A stretch of DNA of 52,449 bases, taken from the IMG/VR virus record IMGVR_UViG_3300008259_000098, positions 1-52,449 of that record, one strand, 5' to 3'. The translations under genes and the position numbers were made by a program. Positions 50,628 through 52,449 of the stretch are shown here, one piece after another (position 1 is the first letter of the stretch; each line of letters opens with the position of its first letter). The stretch is from a virus (Duplodnaviria; Caudoviricetes). A model generated the notes under the pieces. It was not told the DNA's origin, searched no databases, and worked only from the letters and a program-made list of their open reading frames with translations.

Positions 50628-51095
50628 TTATTCTTTTATTTGAAAGTGCATCCAATCATAATTTTTTTCAGGTCCTAATCCTATAAATCCATTTTTATAA
50701 AAAGCTTCTATCATTGGTTTATACTCAGGTCTAGCAAATCTAGCAGTAGCTTTAGTTTCATGTAGAAGATTTCTTTCTGGGTCTAAGTCAATAGCTATTC
50801 CCCAAGAGTGAGTTGAATAATCAGATCCTCCTCTCATAGCTCTAAAATTAAAGCATCCTCCAAATAGATCAATTCCTAGTTCTACTATTTTAGCATAACC
50901 ATAAGTTTCTAAAATATCATTAAACACAGCTAAGAATTTATCAGCTACTAGTTTGTGACATCTCATAGTAGTTACCTTAGTATTTTTATCCCAAGCTAAT
51001 CTCATAGGATAAGGTAACTTTATAGATACTAAATAAGGAGAACCATTTTGTGTTGGCTTACCATATTTACTTATTATCTGTTGAGTTGTTAACAT
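50628..51095 (-). CDS. Endolysin, peptidase M15 family
   Basis: FNFR...STHSWGIAID...DWMHFQ Zn-peptidase motifs. Confidence 0.88.
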   Translation of the reverse strand: MLTTQQIISKYGKPTQNGSPYLVSIKLPYPMRLAWDKNTKVTTMRCHKLVADKFLAVFNDILETYGYAKIVELGIDLFGGCFNFRAMRGGSDYSTHSWGIAIDLDPERNLLHETKATARFARPEYKPMIEAFYKNGFIGLGPEKNYDWMHFQIKE

Positions 51096-51396
51096 TTTTT
51101 CTCTTATTAAATTTGTTTTTAATATTTTTCCAAACTCCAGTTACAAATTTTATAGTTGCTATAGCACCTACACAAGTTGTAAAGAATTTAGCTGTAATTC
51201 CTAATATAACACCAGCTACTGTTAACCAATCATAATCTGGTATAATAAACAATGTGTTTGATTCTCCGAATTTTAGAAAACTTATTGTTCCAAGCATTAC
51301 TATAAATTGCCCGTAAATTCCAACTGATGTTAAGCCAAAAAACTCTGCTGCTCTTTCTAAAAATGTGTTTAATTCTTCCTGATAGTTATGGATCAT
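51067..51396 (-). CDS. Membrane protein, possible holin
   Basis: 109 aa, 2-3 hydrophobic segments, basic C-terminus overlapping the endolysin start. Confidence 0.55.
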   Translation of the reverse strand: MIHNYQEELNTFLERAAEFFGLTSVGIYGQFIVMLGTISFLKFGESNTLFIIPDYDWLTVAGVILGITAKFFTTCVGAIATIKFVTGVWKNIKNKFNKRKNVNNSTDNK

Positions 51397-51399
51397 TTT

Positions 51400-51900
51400 T
51401 TATTTAAATATAATAGTTAATATTAAGAATACAATACTAATTATTGCAAAGATAACTCTTTTTTTATAAGTATTAAATAGTTTGTTTGTTATTTTTTTAA
51501 ATTTGTCTGTGTTGCCATCTGAAATTACACTAGTGTCTTTAAAGCCTTCAGTGTAAACCTTAGGACTTAATTTATTTCTAGTTTTAAACATATACCCTAG
51601 ATGAAACAATGGGTTAATTGAAGATAAGCTAATACCTAAGAATAACACAGCTAATGGTCTTATACCAAATAGTGATGTTACAAGTATTAACAATAAAGGT
51701 GAAGCTACAATAATAGAACCTATCATGTGTATGTACTTACCTTCTATTTGCATATCTTTTAAAGCATTAGGATACTTCATAATCTTTTTAAACCAGCTTT
51801 CTAACCAATAGTGCCAAATGTAAGCATCTAATATTCCTTTAATAGCTGATATTATTATATATAGTATCCAACTCAATATTATTATTACCAGTGCTTCCAT
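51400..51900 (-). CDS. Multi-pass membrane protein
   Basis: 166 aa with about four hydrophobic segments. Confidence 0.65.
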   Translation of the reverse strand: MEALVIIILSWILYIIISAIKGILDAYIWHYWLESWFKKIMKYPNALKDMQIEGKYIHMIGSIIVASPLLLILVTSLFGIRPLAVLFLGISLSSINPLFHLGYMFKTRNKLSPKVYTEGFKDTSVISDGNTDKFKKITNKLFNTYKKRVIFAIISIVFLILTIIFK

Positions 51901-52045
51901 TTTTACATTTTATAGTATTTCTAATTTGTTTCCTGCTCATCTGAGCTATCTTCGTCCTTAAACAGCTGCTCACTCCCAATATTAAATATATTGATAATCC
52001 CAATAATACTAAGTGCTTTAATTCCAATTTGTTTAAAAGTTTCAT
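51839..52045 (-). CDS. Small putative lipoprotein overlapping its neighbours
   Basis: MKLLNKLELKHLVLLGLSIYLILGVSS-C has the shape of a lipoprotein signal peptide. Confidence 0.4.
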   Translation of the reverse strand: MKLLNKLELKHLVLLGLSIYLILGVSSCLRTKIAQMSRKQIRNTIKCKNGSTGNNNIELDTIYNNISY

Positions 52046-52136
52046 ATAAAGATTTTTCTAATTGTTTACTAGCTGCCCAAGCTCCTAATATTACAGCTAA
52101 AATAAAAGCTACTATTAGTATTAATATATCAATCAC
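51921..52136 (-). CDS. Small membrane protein with N-terminal TM helix
   Basis: 71 aa; starts 2 nt after the upstream stop. Confidence 0.5.
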   Translation of the reverse strand: MIDILILIVAFILAVILGAWAASKQLEKSLYETFKQIGIKALSIIGIINIFNIGSEQLFKDEDSSDEQETN

Positions 52137-52138
52137 AA

Positions 52139-52321
52139 CTACTTATACCCTTTTCTTAAGAACATATAACTAGCAATACCAATAGCTAATACAATACCGT
52201 AAGCTATTAAAAAAGGCCATTCAAAACCATTAGTCTTATTATATTCAACTAAGTAGCCTAAACTAAAACCAGCAAATGCTATTCTTAATACTGCTCCATT
52301 TGATGTTTTATTTTCTTTCAT
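52139..52321 (-). CDS. Small membrane protein (two TM segments)
   Basis: 60 aa, two hydrophobic helices. Confidence 0.6.
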   Translation of the reverse strand: MKENKTSNGAVLRIAFAGFSLGYLVEYNKTNGFEWPFLIAYGIVLAIGIASYMFLRKGYK

Positions 52322-52323
52322 AT

Positions 52324-52449
52324 TTAAAATATTAGTGCCTCAACGGCTGTTTTTAAATCTTCTATTGTACTATATTCTGTGTCCGACAAATGTACTAATC
52401 TTATACAATGGTCAAGTTCTAAATGGCAGCAAGTTTCATCGATATAATC
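52324..52449 (-). CDS. 3' end of a gene truncated by the window edge
   Basis: Open frame DYIDETCCHLELDHC...AVEALIF* ending 2 nt before the next ATG. Confidence 0.55.
   Translation of the reverse strand, partial: DYIDETCCHLELDHCIRLVHLSDTEYSTIEDLKTAVEALIF

Noticed and set aside
17007-52173. Short + strand ORFs in the structural block and nested 36666-36863
   Set aside because: Overlap long genes, have no motifs, and are expected from codon bias.
1-52449. Stop-codon reassignment as in some crAss-like phages
   Set aside because: Genes up to 2575 aa are intact under the standard code, and TAG ends genes at natural termini (nrdJ at 12082).
1-52449. CRISPR arrays, tRNAs, integrase, DGR, introns or inteins
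   Set aside because: No repeat-spacer array, cloverleaf, reverse transcriptase or splicing motifs seen by eye; intergenic gaps are very short.

Overview
A 52.4-kb, very AT-rich segment of a crAss-like (Crassvirales-type) phage genome, probably infecting Bacteroidota, read with the standard code. Two blocks converge on a bidirectional terminator at about 13.9 kb. The + strand (1-13890) carries replication and nucleotide metabolism: DnaB helicase, AAA ATPase, SSB, primase, RusA-like resolvase, 5'-3' exonuclease, dATP/dGTP diphosphohydrolase-like protein, dUTPase, DEDD exonuclease, class II RNR, PhoH and a metallophosphoesterase. The - strand (52449-13928) carries lysis genes, tail ring proteins, a muzzle protein and large cargo/ejection proteins including a 2575-aa RNA polymerase. 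Main observations are in the cargo block: (1) a probable -1 ribosomal frameshift (A_AAA_AAG, stop, hairpin) joining a 692-aa protein to a start-less 517-codon frame with a lysozyme-like domain; (2) four consecutive, nearly Cys-free giant proteins with terminal Cys modules arranged head-to-tail; (3) two cargo proteins punctuated by about 10 [FYH]xxGG motifs, like polyproteins; (4) effector domains on cargo proteins, one flanked by a 13-bp direct repeat; (5) an internally deleted ferritin-like gene fused to its neighbour. All family assignments come from motif recognition by eye; no searches were run.
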